A DNA stretch of 64,000 nucleotides from positions 54,250,001 to 54,314,000 of the forward strand of contig OZ336875.1 in NCBI GenBank assembly GCA_965287045.1, read 5' to 3'. Under the pieces are notes generated by a model that saw nothing but the letters and a program-made list of their open reading frames with translations, ran no database searches and had not been told where the DNA came from. Made by a program: the position numbers and the translations under genes. The DNA comes from Carcharhinus amblyrhynchos (taxonomy: Eukaryota). Below, piece by piece: positions 10,340 to 23,740 of this stretch (the stretch's first letter is position 1; the number at the start of each line of letters is the position of its first letter).

Positions 10340-12650
10340 CATAAAGAAACAATTTTTGAAAATTGTAGTCTGACCTGAGTAAAGAGCATTTAAATCAAAA
10401 GCACAGCTGAAGTAATCTTAAAAAGGCTCCTTCATAGATTTAGAGGCAGAAGAAAAATCTACTGTACAGCAGAAAGGGACCTGATCAAACGCAGGGTCAA
10501 AGAACCTAGACAGATCACAAAAATAGTGAGCAAAATTCACTAAATGGCTGAACAAAATCTTTAGAAATGGTCAGGGCTAATCAGGCAGAGCATACCAATT
10601 TTTTAACCAGCACAACTAGAAGAACACTATGTTCGAGCCTGGAGTTGGCACAATACCACGTGGTGGCTAAGCCTGACAGAATGCGAAGAAAAATAAAACA
10701 GATGGTAAAACAAAAAGAAAAAATTGCATTCAAATTGATTTTCGAAGCTTAAAGAAGCAAAATGCTGGCTAAGGCTGTAATCCTTCAAGGAACCTTTTCA
10801 ACTAACAAAGTGTTAAAGATGGCTCCAAGTTCCAAGGTAGTCTACCAAGGCCTGACAAGCAAGTGAAGAATAGAAAGAAAATGCTTACTGTGGTTTCATC
10901 TTGAAAAATAATTAAAGCTGCAACTGACCACTATGAAAAGCAGCCATCGATAGTAAACTAAAATCACCGGATGAATTTGTGCTCAAATAAATGCCAAGAT
11001 ACCAGATGCAAAGTGATGTCATGGAGAAGAAAATGTTTCGATTACAGGAGTATCTCAGGTTTAAGCAGGAAATCTGAGGAAGTACAAGATAATACATTCT
11101 TGTACTTACTTGGTGAAATTGCTGACAAGGTAATCATAAGACAAAGTACAGATAAATTCCAAGTCAACATAATGGAGTACGTGCGTCAAAGATTTTGTGT
11201 AGCAGCCGGAAGAGGCTGAGAGTCAGCTGTAAGGCTCAAAAATAGAGCTTTTTGAAAATGCTCGCAGTACCAAAATGGCAATAGTGTGGAGCAAGCAAGT
11301 GGTTGAGAACGAATGCAAGTTGTCTAATGTGATCCAAGAGCAACCAAACTTGCAAAGAGAAAATGAAGCTATTCCACAGGGAAACATTTGTATCAAAGCT
11401 GAGTAGCAAGCACTCAACCAGAAGTACAGCCAGACACAACAACAGGTACTCAAAGAAGTTGCTGCTCTGAAAGACGGTGAAGCATCCCTAAAGTCCCTAC
11501 ATATGTTGGCACTGAAATCCCAACATATGAGGAAGTAATTTTTAAAAACTGCACTCTGACCAGAGTAGAGAGCACCTAAATCAAAGGCACAGCTGAGATC
11601 ATCTAGTGAGGTTCTTTAACTCTGCGTTTGATCAAGTCTTTTCAGCTACACAGAGGATTTTCTTCTCTGGCCTTCAGCCTCCAAATCTATAAAGGAGCTT
11701 TTGAAGGATCAAAACATCAAAGTTGCAATGGAACTATCAGCACTGACAAAGCAATGTCTGAAGCACAGAGTGAGATGACAAGAACTGGACAAGAAACTAA
11801 ACAGCTGAAAGAAAAGCTAATTGTATTTAAGGGATCAAATAAAGAAAAAAGGAGTATATAACTCTTTAGTAACATGAAGAAATGAAATTTGTCTTGAACA
11901 ATAGGGAGAACAGCAGGACAAAGTCAAGGAGACTCTGTTAAATTACAAGAAAACTCAAGGTAAAGCAATTGAACTTTGTAAAAAAGGGAAACCTGTTGAA
12001 GGATCTTCACTATAAAGATCCCTCAGGTCAAACTGTGCTCACCTGGAAGATTATGAAGAGAGGCAAAATTAACTTAATGTCACTCTGGAAGAACTGAAAA
12101 ACCTATTGGCAGAGAAGACTTAGGAATGTTCAATATTCCAAGAAAGAGAGCACAAAGCTGAAAAATACTTAATTTTTCATGATACACAATGGTTGGACAC
12201 TTGGAAAAAACTTGGAAAAACATTAACTTCCAAAGATACATACAAAAATTGGAAGGCAAGTTTGTTAATGTTATTTGTGAAAAGGACAACAGTGGAAAAA
12301 ATGAAGTAGACAGAGGTTGAATTCATAGAATCTCTATAATGCAGAGGAGACCATTTGGCCCATCATGTCTCCATAACCTTTCTTACCTAGGCCTTCTCCC
12401 CTGCCTTTCCCCAAAATGAAAAGTTACAGCAGGAAAATGAAAATATGAAGAATTCTTGTGTACAGGAACAAAATAAAGTCAAAAACTTGCAGCTCCAATT
12501 CAAAGTTAGAGAAAGAGATATTTGTCATTTTTGCAATACATCCAATCGAAAGAAGATGAACATGGATATTGTTAGGCTGAAGAATCAGCTGAATGGAAAG
12601 GGGGAAGCCATAGAACGTTCCAAGCTGGAAGCAGATACTGATGAGTAGCT
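10340..12650 (+). pseudogene. Decayed, apparently intronless coiled-coil coding sequence, UACA/RAI14-like
   Basis: A/G-rich fragments ALNQKYSQTQQQVLKEVAALKD, KETLLNYKKTQ, HLEDYEERQ, EQNKVKNLQLQF, DIVRLKNQLNG resemble recalled UACA/RAI14 C-terminal coiled coil; many stops and frameshifts. Confidence 0.5.
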
Positions 12651-13179
12651 CAATTGCAAAAACTATAGTTCCTATGTTTGGGTGGCAGGATTGGAGATAA
12701 GGCACATTTCAGATGCAGGTGGGCTTTTAAATCATGAGCTGACTCCAGGTTTTGTTGGGCCAGGAGTGTGAAACTTGAACTATGTAGATTAGGTAAAAGC
12801 AGGCCTGTACTTTGTGTATTCGTTTGAACAGCCATGTCAAAGTATTACTGATCAAAGTATGGCAATTACCTCGTTAAGAGAATTGTCAGTAAAACCTGTG
12901 ACACTGGGCCAGAAATAGAAACATTGCAACACTTTGCTGGTTGAGCTCCTTGTAGGCCAGCAGCTCTGACAAAGAGGCTTACCATAAAATAGCTTGAACC
13001 TTAAGGCCATTACCACTCACTGTAAGCAACAAGCCAGGGTATCACTTTGGAAAGGTGAGGTATCTCTTTCTATTTAGTCCTCGACCACTTTTGGGGTAGA
13101 TCAGATGCCCTTTAGTTAAAAGTAGGTATAAATATTTGCAAAAAGTGCATAAACTCATTACTGTTAATCTCTCTGGAGC

Positions 13180-14215
13180 TGTCAATAGATTTGTCAAAAT
13201 TATCAAAAGCACCTGTCAAAATCTACTGTCAAAACTGTCAGAAACACTTATCAAAACTGTTAGCAGCACCAGTTAAAGGGACCTATCAAAGGGAGCTGTC
13301 AAGGCTTTTAAAAGTTCTGCCATTCAAATGTTTGAAAAAGTCAGGAATGTTTAAAAAAATCATTAGATTGAAATAACAAGCATTGACATAAGTCTAAGTA
13401 TTCCCATTACTGAATTAGTGCTGCATGACTGGTATCACAACCATGATTACAGTAAGGTGCCTGCCATTTCACATTTGATTGGCTGGTACAAGCGGTAATA
13501 GACTCTTTGATACAGAACAACAAATTGCTTGTTGTTATAAGGGATTGTGCACTTGAATTAAATGTTTGTTGATATAAGGTTCTATTTAGTTGAAGGAATG
13601 TAAATGCAGTAAATTGATTTTTAGTGTTTTCTTGAACATAGTGAAGCCTGCACTTGACACTTAGAACTTCATTTTTTTGAACTTTATTTTTTCTCAACAT
13701 GGGTCCCAAGGTCTGTCCATGGTGGATACTAGGTGCAAGGACAAAGGATGGTTGGTGGGGGCACAGATTGGCTTAAGTTGGCATTGAGGCTACAAAGATC
13801 AATGGGGGCGGGTGGAGGGATACGAGTTGGCATGGAAGGTATGAGGGGCCTTGGGGGATGGATATTATGACATAGGTTAGCATGAACGATAAGTTGTGGA
13901 ACATAGGTTGGCAAAAGGAAGATAATGAGGGGTATTCTTGGACAAGGAGGGTACAAGGAGATATGGGGGTGAAGTCTGAAGAGCTGTTTCATATTTTAAT
14001 CTTTATTTTTACACTTCAGATATGGTGCCAAAGCCGTGGGACAAGCCTTCTGCCCAGGCCACCTCTATACTTGGCGCCCTCCTTAGTTCTTCCTAGGCAG
14101 CCCACATTTCTAATATAGCCCAATCGACAGCCAATTTTAAAGTTTGAGATCATGGAGTGAGGAAATCCCCTGTCTCTATGCACCCGACCTGACATTGAAA
14201 ATCTGGGTCTGAATT
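13180..14215. repeat. Dispersed non-coding repeat with (c/t)gtcaaa micro-repeats; probable non-autonomous DNA transposon remnant
   Basis: Repeated tgtcaaa motifs 13181-13305; similar inverse motifs (ttgacag) at ~17340-17410 and ~27660-27690; end gaaaatctgggtc resembles local MITE TIRs. Confidence 0.4.
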
Positions 14216-15269
14216 TTTGGACCAATTGGCCACTTGTGGTTGTGCCTATGTATTGGTTGCTGGGAATGCATGTGTTGCAGCAGGAGTAAACCCCACTTTG
14301 GCTGAAAATTCTACAAATAGATTTTCATGAGCCGTATTACCTATCTTTACATATCTTATTCTCTGCCAAGGTATACATTGCAACCTCAAATATATCCACA
14401 TACTGGATCATCAGTTAAAAGCAAGCCTTCTAAGGAAAATTAGAATTAGTCTATTGTCTTTTCTATCACAACCCTTCCCTTTTTAAAAACATCCAAATGC
14501 AGGACTCCATATCTGCTATGTCCCTCCTTTTGCAAAAACTGACCATATAGATCTTGCCTGTCCATGACAGGATGGGGAAAAGCTGGAAGAATTGCATTAG
14601 TAACTGAATATTTCAGCTGGATTGCTATGATTGCTCAGGTTCCCTTTGCCCAACTCACAGCTAAACCACAGAGAGATGGCACTGATCGGATATGTTGGAG
14701 AGTGGGTCTGAAATTGTAACAATGTGCAGCTCCCAGTGATATCAAATGCACACATTAAAACACTGTAAGGGGAGGCTTGGTGAGTGGGCTGCAACAATAA
14801 AACCAATTAATAAAGTTGTATGAGAAATAGTATGTTTGAAATAGCAAGAAGAGCTGATAGGGATCCAACATGAGATCCTGTTGTGCCTACGGATCTGCCT
14901 TAAGAACTTGAGCTTGTAAAGCACTTGAGGTAACGTATCTTTCCTTCGTGCAGTGGACTTGTAGCAAACAGGTTTGCTCGATCCTACCAGATATTAACAC
15001 ATTTTGCTAATTGTACTTGGAATTTTTAAAAAATGAATCAAAGACCTCAGCTAGGCGACAGTCTCAGTTACTGGCAGACAGGTCAACTAAGACATAACCA
15101 AAACAAACTTTTAATCGAAGTGACCATGGGGTAATATCTGGGATACACCGCCTATATCACTTGGAATGAATGGCTATCAGGATAATAGATGGGCTTCCCA
15201 GATTTATAATTCTTCACAGTTGAGTACTTTTCTTTGCAAACAATGTCTCATAGCTTTGGGAGGCTGTCT

Positions 15270-15460
15270 ATGGCTTTCCTCTGGGTCCTCCAGTTTCCTC
15301 CCACAGTCCAAAGATGTGTAGCTTAGGTAGATTAGCCATGTAAATGCACAGGGTTATGGGGATAAGGCGACGGAAGGGCTTGGATAGGATGCTCTCTGAG
15401 GGTCAGTGCAGACTCAATGGGCCAAATGGCCTTTTTCTGCTCTGTAGGGATTCCATGGTT
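15270..15460 (+). mobile_element. V-SINE/HE1-like SINE (5'-truncated) with CR1-type tail
   Basis: ccagtttcctcccacagtccaaagatgtg...gggccaaatggcctttttctgctctgtagggattc. Confidence 0.85.
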
Positions 15461-18400
15461 GGCCCCTTGAGATTTCTATATGTTACAGTTCTAATTATTT
15501 AATGATCTGTGGGGCAAAACAATATTGGAGGATGTATTATCAGAGGGGTGCGGACTCCCTTAAATGTCACTGCTTTCAACTCAGAGATTCCTGATGGACA
15601 CTATGATTAATAACCTCTTTCAGCTGAGTGGAGCTTATACTTGTGTATTAGAAAATAATACAAACAATCTGCTAATCAGCCAACTGCTACATGCTGTGAT
15701 TCTAACTATTTTTATTGTCATTGGCATTTAGTTTTCATTATGTATCCAGTAACTGTTCCACTTTAATGATTAGATGATAAATGTGCCAGTTGTTATTATT
15801 TATTAGGCTCTGGATAGAGAATATGGGAAGAAGTAAAGGCCAATTTTTCATCCCTTCATCTTGCTCCAGCTTCAGATCCAATCTAACCTCTATTTATTTT
15901 TTTTTGAACCTCCAACCCTTGTTGTGAATTCACCAACTGATGCTAATGATCTTTCATTATTTTGAGTTTTGAAAATCTTCTATGGGATTATCCCTTCACC
16001 CTGCTGGTTCTTGCAAAGGAAAACATCAAAGTCTTCCTGCATGACTAAAATCTATTAATCCTGATGTAACTCAAGTGAATCTTCATTGCAACTCCTCTAT
16101 ATCTTCATTGTCATTCCAGCAAAACTTTATTTTTTTTTTGTCAGGTATTTTCTGGAGTTCAGCATCACCAGCCACTCCTATGAGCAGACTCACGATGGGA
16201 ATACACCTTTCGCCACTCACCATCTCATGAACCAACTGCAGGACCCAGAAGTGCAACAGAGAAACCTTGTCCTGTTTACCACCTATTGAAATCTCCCATT
16301 CTGTCATGGGATGAAGACACAGTTTTAACCAAAAACTGGTTAATTTTACCTCACATATGTGGATGAACTCTTGCTGATAACCTCCGACCTCAGTTATGAC
16401 TGGATTCTCCGGTGCTGCTACAAGTGAATGGAGTTTTGGTTGGAACACCAACTTCTCCATCCTCAACTGCAGCAGAGCAGGCATGTATGAGATTGGAGAA
16501 TCCATTCTACATATAAATTTCACAATCTAAACAATCAATTTTTTATATTCCTTATTTTTTAAACAACTAATAAAAATATCAGTCTGGTGTGTCTTTAGGA
16601 AAATGCCAATCTTATTTTAGAGAAGCTACTGCAAACATGAGAAGGCTTTGTGGCACAGTGGGTGGCACTGGGAGTCATGGCAGGTAAGCCCAGATAGTGC
16701 AGAGGCTGCCTGATTCAGAGGTGGGCTGTAGGGGGCACTATGTGGAAGCCTTTTTCAAAAAAACAGCCCTCACCCCTCAGAACTCTCATGTTGTCTCGGT
16801 GCACCCCCATTGTCCGCCATGCCAACCTATGTTATTATAATCATGGGCTTTTATAGCTCTATGCCAAACTCTTCCCTCCACATAGCCCCCATTGCTTTTA
16901 TAGCCCATGTGCAGGTCAACTTATATGAACCCATGAGCTTCACCCAACACCCTTTGTCCATAAACCTCCCTCCACATGCCAACTCAATAGCCAGTCCTCA
17001 GGACCTGTATTGAGATAAAACAAATTTAGGGACCAAATATTCATTAAATAAACATTCCTTCAACTATATAATTTCTTATAACAAAAAAAATTCAAGTGCT
17101 TAATCACATATAAAAATAACACTGGAAATCAAAGAGCCTATAATCACTTGTAGCAGTCAATCAAACTACAAACTGACAGGCACAGTACTGTGACAATGGA
17201 GGTTTTGAAACCAGTCATTCAGCAACAATCCAGTAATGGTAAACTTCCGGCTGATTTCAAGGATAGAATGGAATTGGAATTGCAAACAATTATTAGTTTC
17301 AACATTCCAGTTTTTGCAAAGATTTAAAGAGGAGGACTTTTAAATACCTTGACAACTGGATACTTACTTTTGATAGAACCACTTGACAGTTCCTTTTGAC
17401 AGCTCTCTTGAAAGTTCTTACGCATTTATGCACTTTCTACACACATCCATGTCCAGTTTGAACAATCCCAAAGGATAGCTTACCTTTCCCAAAGGACAAG
17501 TGACTTCCTCCGCAGGTGTTGCAGGAAAAAATATAAAGAGGTACTCTACCCCTCCACAAGGGTATCTCCCCTCTCCAAAGTTTAGACCTGCTCCTAAACG
17601 GTCTAATCTGCACATGCTGGACACAACTTTCCGGCCATGTCATGCCCAGCACAGATTGCGTTGGGGCAGTGAGGGGTCGGAGAAGTGGTCAAGTGCCAGT
17701 GCGTAAGTCGTCTAGTGCCAGTGCAAAATCCCACTGCAATCCTCCCAGCCACTACACCTAGACATAATCTGGTTCCTGCCCATTGAGGACAGAAACCAGA
17801 TTAGCATAATTAAAAACTATTTTTAAGATGCCTTGTCTGTTTGAGGCCACATTCTCTGGCCTTCTGTCAGAGCAGAAACGTGGCAAAAATCACGCCTGGT
17901 TTCCACAAATGGAGACCATGCATGGTGGCCATGCTGGGAGCTCAGAGGCCATTGAAGCACCCAGATAGTCAGGGACATGTGTGGGCATCTGGAAATGCCA
18001 ACCTAGTAGTGCCAACTAGCACCCAGCCAAGAGGGTGCTTGTGAAGAGGATGGGGTCTGAGGCATTGAAGGGTAGCAGGAGGAAGGTTATAAAGGTAACA
18101 GGGAGCATGAAAGAGGACCCACTGGGAAGGCTCAAATGCCCCAAAGTCAGCAATGTATGTTGGGGAGGGTGGGTGGGGAAACATGCCTCTAATGAAGGTG
18201 TGTGTCCTGATGTCCATGGGGGGAGAGCAGGAGTTCTGTATTTTCACTCTTGAGATCAGGGCACCATTTAAACTTGGTCTTGCCGGCATGTTTAGGCTCA
18301 TTCCTCTTAGACCCAGTGCAAAACTCACTCCTTTCCCAAAAAATGACAAGTGTCAGAAAATTGGGATTTAATTTGCACCACACATGCTCACCCAAAATGA

Positions 18401-18559
18401 CACTTCAGGCTGGATCCTCCAATCTTGTCCACAGCTGGGATTCTCTGGTCCCACTGCAGTGAATGGAGATTTGGCTGAGCGCCAATTTCTCCCTTCTGGG
18501 AGCTTTGGATCTTAGTCTCCTCTGCAATGATGGCGGAATGGGGGACTTGGCTTTCTTTC

Positions 18560-18925
18560 ATGGGTTGTGGGCATCACTGACAAAGTCAGCATTTGCTGCC
18601 CATCCCTAATCACCCCCTGAACTGAGTGTCTCAATTTCAGAGGGCATTTAAGAATCAACCACATTACTGTGGGTCTGGAGTCCCATTTAGGCCAGACCGG
18701 GTAAGGATGGCAGATTTTCTTCCCTAAAAAGCATTAGTGAACCAGATGGGATTTTACGAGAGTTGACAATGGTTTCATGGTCATCGTTAGACTTTTAATT
18801 CCAGATTGTTTTATTGAATTCAAATTTCACCATCTGTCATGCCAGTATTTGAACCCAGGTACTCAGGGGATTATCCTAGGTCTCTGGAATACAAATCCAG
18901 TGATAATACCACAATGCCACCGCCT
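18560..18925 (-). mobile_element. tRNA-headed SINE family B
   Basis: Homologous to 6910-7265. Confidence 0.85.
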
Positions 18926-21900
18926 TCTTGCTGGAATGGGAGGGGGAAGGGGGGGGAATGGCTTAATGGCTTATCACAGCTCCATCTAAAGGTTTATCAA
19001 GTATTGCCGATAGACGTTGACACTTTGATAATGAGGTTTTCCAAAGAACCAGGTTGATATCAGAGTTTTGAAAGCATTTTGTAATGAAATGTTATGACCT
19101 ACCTACTAGTAATACATAACACATGCGACAAGGTTTAGTTCTTTAATCTCTCTGCAGTTCATCAGTTTTGAGTACTTCATGCTCCATTACTGATTAATTT
19201 TTGCTTTTTTAATCCATTATTCTAATTGTCATTGCATTACAGCTCAAAACACTAATATGTCAAAAAGAAACTACACAGCGCATCTACTGACATAATAAAT
19301 TGGCACTGAATAATGAGACATTGGAAAATCTAGCTCAGTTATTAAATCTGGTACAAACTCATTTTTCAACGCTCAGCTTTGCTTGATTTATAATATAAAT
19401 TTAATTGGTGCAGTCATAGTAATTTGACTTGAAATAGAAGCTGCAGCTGAGATAATAAAATTTAAGATGTGATTAAATGTTCTTGGAGAGTTAGCCTAAA
19501 GTCTGTAATGCAATTCAAAGAGGAGGGACAGCTTAATTACATTGTGAACTTCAAGTGTGACTCACCACAAGTCAGAGATCCGAAACCAGCACCCTCAGTG
19601 CAAATATTAATTAATGTGAGGTTGTAGTTTCAGAACATTCAATCAAATAGAAGATATTTTACTTTACTCATGTCGCTTGAAGGGTATATATCATAGAATA
19701 TGTAGTACCTTATTTTTCAATCACTAGCATCGAGGTACAATATCTGATTTTCACATTAAATACCAAACCAACTTTCCTCATATGTTTCAGAAGAGACATG
19801 GGTCTGGGTGCTATTGTCCTGCCACCTCTTTCAACTGACACCAAATATCTTCCTGATTGATGGGATGGAAGTCTCTTTCCAGTGACGGACAGGCTGCTGT
19901 GCCTGAACTGGGAGCCTCTGACACCAACAAAAGCTGTTCCATGCCCAACACAGACCTTTCTCACATTAATTAACTCAAGTTTCACCCAAAAACACTTATT
20001 AAAAAATAAACATACTCATGACACCACATTCTCAAAGAAAGGTACTGACTCTTAACAGAGAAATAGGTGACAACCAAACTTGAAAAAAATAATTTGCATG
20101 TAGTATGGATGGAGGCCTTTGTACATTTTTTACTGACAACGGTGAGACTACTAATGTCTGGTCTCTATTGTGTCTCACAGACCTTACAGACTGCTAGTCT
20201 GGTCATTGCTGTTCTTGATCTTTACTTCCTCACTCTTTATTTCCTCAGCCTTTATAGCCTTTCTTTCCTTCCAACTGTTGCAAAATCCTCCTTACAAAGT
20301 GAACAATTGGCTACTCTCATTGTTTGTGACAGGGGTTAACAACTTAATTATTAATACTTGATTGGAGTCTACTGGAAAATGGAAAGGGTGAGGTTCAGTT
20401 TGCCAGGCTGACATGGGCTCAAATTCAAGGTTAACTGCTGATTTCACTTCGATACAAAGCCAAAAGGATTCAAAATTCACGTCTCTCCCCAGTTTTTTCA
20501 GGTGGTGGTGGCAGTGGTAGTGGGTCCTTTTCTTGGACCACTGCAGTTCCTGTGTCCAGAACTTCTTCAATCAGTCTGACATGGAGTCAGAAAGTCTACA
20601 TACGCAAGGCAGTTGGTTTTCCCTTTATTGTCATGTTTGAAATATTGCATGCAGGTTCAGTTAGTTTGAATCTGGACCCCCTGTCCCCATGGTAACCATC
20701 ATGTGCCCTGTTGCAGACCAAGTTGGCAGGAAGTGACAAATCCTTTACCGTTATGTTATTTTATTTTGAATTTAAAGAGACAGTCCAAAATATAATTATC
20801 TCACAAGAACCTTGCATTCGTAAAACCTGCTGCCTCCCTGCTCCCCCCACCCCCACAATGATGAATAATTATTTCTGAAGTAACAATTTTGTACAACACT
20901 ACCAAAGCATAATGTTGGAAACACCTCATCAACTAGTCTGCAACATACAGCATAAGTAATTTTCTTTCCCTTGTCAAATTTTATCATTAAACAGTCTGTC
21001 TTGGCAGTCTTATAAGACTTAACTCGTTACACTTGATCTCATGTGACAATCAGCTTTTAAAGTTCAGCTTGCACAAGTTCTTGGCATTCCAACTTTCTTC
21101 CACACGCAAGTCCATTTTACTTCTGGTGGATTTAGTAGCAAATCTCCTTCCTCACTTTTGTAGGTTTTGCAGCATTGCCATATCCTAGGTTACAAAATTG
21201 TAAACTTGGTTTGGTCTGGTTAACTTTGTCAACAACAACATTGCTGATTTCTATGATCCCTCAGCCTTCTGGTATTGGCAGGCATGAATCATAAACCCAG
21301 AAGATGCTTCTTACCCTCAGGGTTCAGCAATTCCTTTAGTTCTTCTTTAAAGCCAGATGCTACACTGTCACCAGAGTGTTGATCTTTTTAACAGGCTTAG
21401 AACCACCTGGTTGAGGTTTTAATTCCACATCTGAATTCTTTTTCACAGATGTAGGTTTTTCAATCTCCAAGTCTGTGAAAGCAGTCTTAGCTAGCCAGAC
21501 AATTGAATTGCCCTCCTCTTGTTTAAATGGTGGATCTCTGTTCTCCTTAAGTTCATTCCCATGATTTAAACTTTGTGTATTCCTCCAGGAGATGGAGATT
21601 TGACACTGCCTCCTGCTATGCAAGCAATTCATTCTTTTGCTAAATAAAATCCTCCTTAGTTGCTTTAAGAACCTCATTGTCGTTATGTCAGGTAAGGGTG
21701 TTATATGTAGAAACAAACATGAACACCAGCCAATTTCCTACAACATGGCACAAAGGGTTACAAAGTCAAGCATAATCTGCAGGTGAAGTACGGTTAGAGG
21801 GTGCGAATAATTGCATCTAGGAGAACAAAAGTAAGTCACCCACAATTTTTTAACCAAATGTTGTGTTTTTAAATTTATATAATACATGGGTTGGTATTAT

Positions 21901-23359
21901 TTAAAAATAAATGGGAAAAGGTATAGCAATTTGAAAAGCAGATTTATTTTCAGTATGGGATTTATCGTGCCTCCAAAACTGGCAGATGACAAACTGAGGC
22001 ACTACACTGGCACCATTGGCAGAAGGCTATACTTACCATATTTACTTCATTTTGTTTACTCAGTTTTCATTACAAATTATACAGAAAATACAGTTTGCAA
22101 GAAATAAAAACAAAACACTGCTGAAAAAAGTGATGAAACATTAATGAGTAGCGTTCACTGCAGGGAGGTAGCTGACTTGGGGTAAAGTTTGCAGGTATGG
22201 CCCAACAAGTCCTCACAGCTGGTGAGAAAACCCCCCTTAGAACTACTGGTGTCACGTAGTCTTTTTCTATATTATCTTTATTTTAGGGTCAAAGAATCTC
22301 TGACGGACTCTTGTAAAGATGCAGAATGAGCACATATCCTGGGAAAAGGCATTATTGTGTATCAATGGAGCCCGTGGTGTAGCTAGAGATGGGGAAGTAT
22401 GCTTTGGTGCGCAACTAAGCAAGGCTCGAGAATCTTTGGCGAAAGGGCCTTTTCTATATGTTACTGCTTGCATGATTACTTTAACAGCCAGTCACATGAT
22501 TTGATGGTGATGTTATTTAGGTGTTTCACAGATCCTGCCTTAGTTTCATTTTCTACTCTGGTCAGTCAACAGCTCCGAAATAAACCTGTTGTTGTTATTT
22601 TGCATCTACATGTGCAAATGGCATCATTTTCTTTGTGTTTAAAACCCGCAATCCCTAACGTAGGACATTATGGACCCAATTTTGCCAAAACTTCGCGCTC
22701 ATTTTCGGGCGCGAAATCACAGTAAATTTGGGCGTCGGGCCTGCAACGCGATCTGCACCCAAAATCGAGCAGATTGCGCCTTTACCGACATCCGATTTGG
22801 GCACGGACCTGGTCAGGCGGCCCGATGATTTAAATGCATTAACGTGCATTTAAATTGATTTAATGAACCGCGCGCCCAACTTTACCGCCAAACCCCATTT
22901 TACCGTCTTCAGATCTGTTCCGGATCCGTGCTGTTACCAACCTGCAAAATAAAAATCCGAAGCGGATTCCTATTCTGCAGGGGAACCTCCAAATCCCATC
23001 CTCCTCAAACACCCTTCACAGACCCCCTGCTGACCACCCTGGCAGACCCGCCCCTCCCATGATCCAAACCCTCTAGGAGGCAGACCACCCTGGCAAACCC
23101 CCACCCAGTGATTGGACCCTCCCCCGCGATCCAGCCCCCCTGGGAGGCAGACCTGTCCCCACCCCCCACTAAGTGATCCATCCCCCCTGGAAGGCAGGCC
23201 CCCCGGCAGACCCCCACCCCCACGGTCAGACCCCTCCGGGAGGCAGGTGGACCCCACCCCCCACCCCGGGGAAGCAGGCCACCCCCCTTGGCAGAGCACA
23301 CTCCCTACCTACCTCGATTGCTGCTGTCCCTCCACCATCCTTCCGACCTGCACTCGTTG

Positions 23360-23465
23360 ATGTGGAGTTGTTGGTGTTAGACTGGGGTGCACACAGTAAG
23401 AAGTCTCACAACACCAGGTTAAAGTCCTGTTGGAATTTAATCTGGTGTTGTGAGACTTCTTACTG
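23360..23465. mobile_element. Ultra-short Penelope insertion (tail + 34-bp hairpin), TSD ctgcactcgttg
   Basis: cagtaagaagtctcacaacaccaggttaaagtcc matches the Penelope terminus at 9001-9035; TSD at 23348-23359 and 23463-23474. Confidence 0.85.
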
Positions 23466-23633
23466 CACTCGTTGGAGAGCCTGCAGCACCTTCCTGGCCT
23501 TCCGCTGGCGTCTGCCGGAGGAGGGGGTGGACTCAGATGGATCTCTGGTTGGGGGGTGGGGGGTGGTGGAGATGCTCCCAAGTTCATCCTCCCCCGTCCT
23601 CCACCAACGCCCCCCCCCCACCCCCAACGAACG

Positions 23634-23740
23634 CAGTAAGAAGTCTCACAACACCAGGTTAAAGTCCAAGAGGACTTTAACCTGGTGTTGTGAGATTTCT
23701 TACTGTGTTCATCCCAGACCAAAGCCGACATCTCTACATC
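23634..23740. mobile_element. Inverted duplicate of the ultra-short Penelope insertion
   Basis: Hairpin 23634-23667/23672-23705 plus tail; flanks caacgaacgcag / catcgagtgcag correspond to the reverse complement of the TSD. Confidence 0.85.

Noticed and set aside
22287-22397. Plus-strand exon candidate with strong acceptor
   Set aside because: Stops in all three frames; no supporting neighbours.
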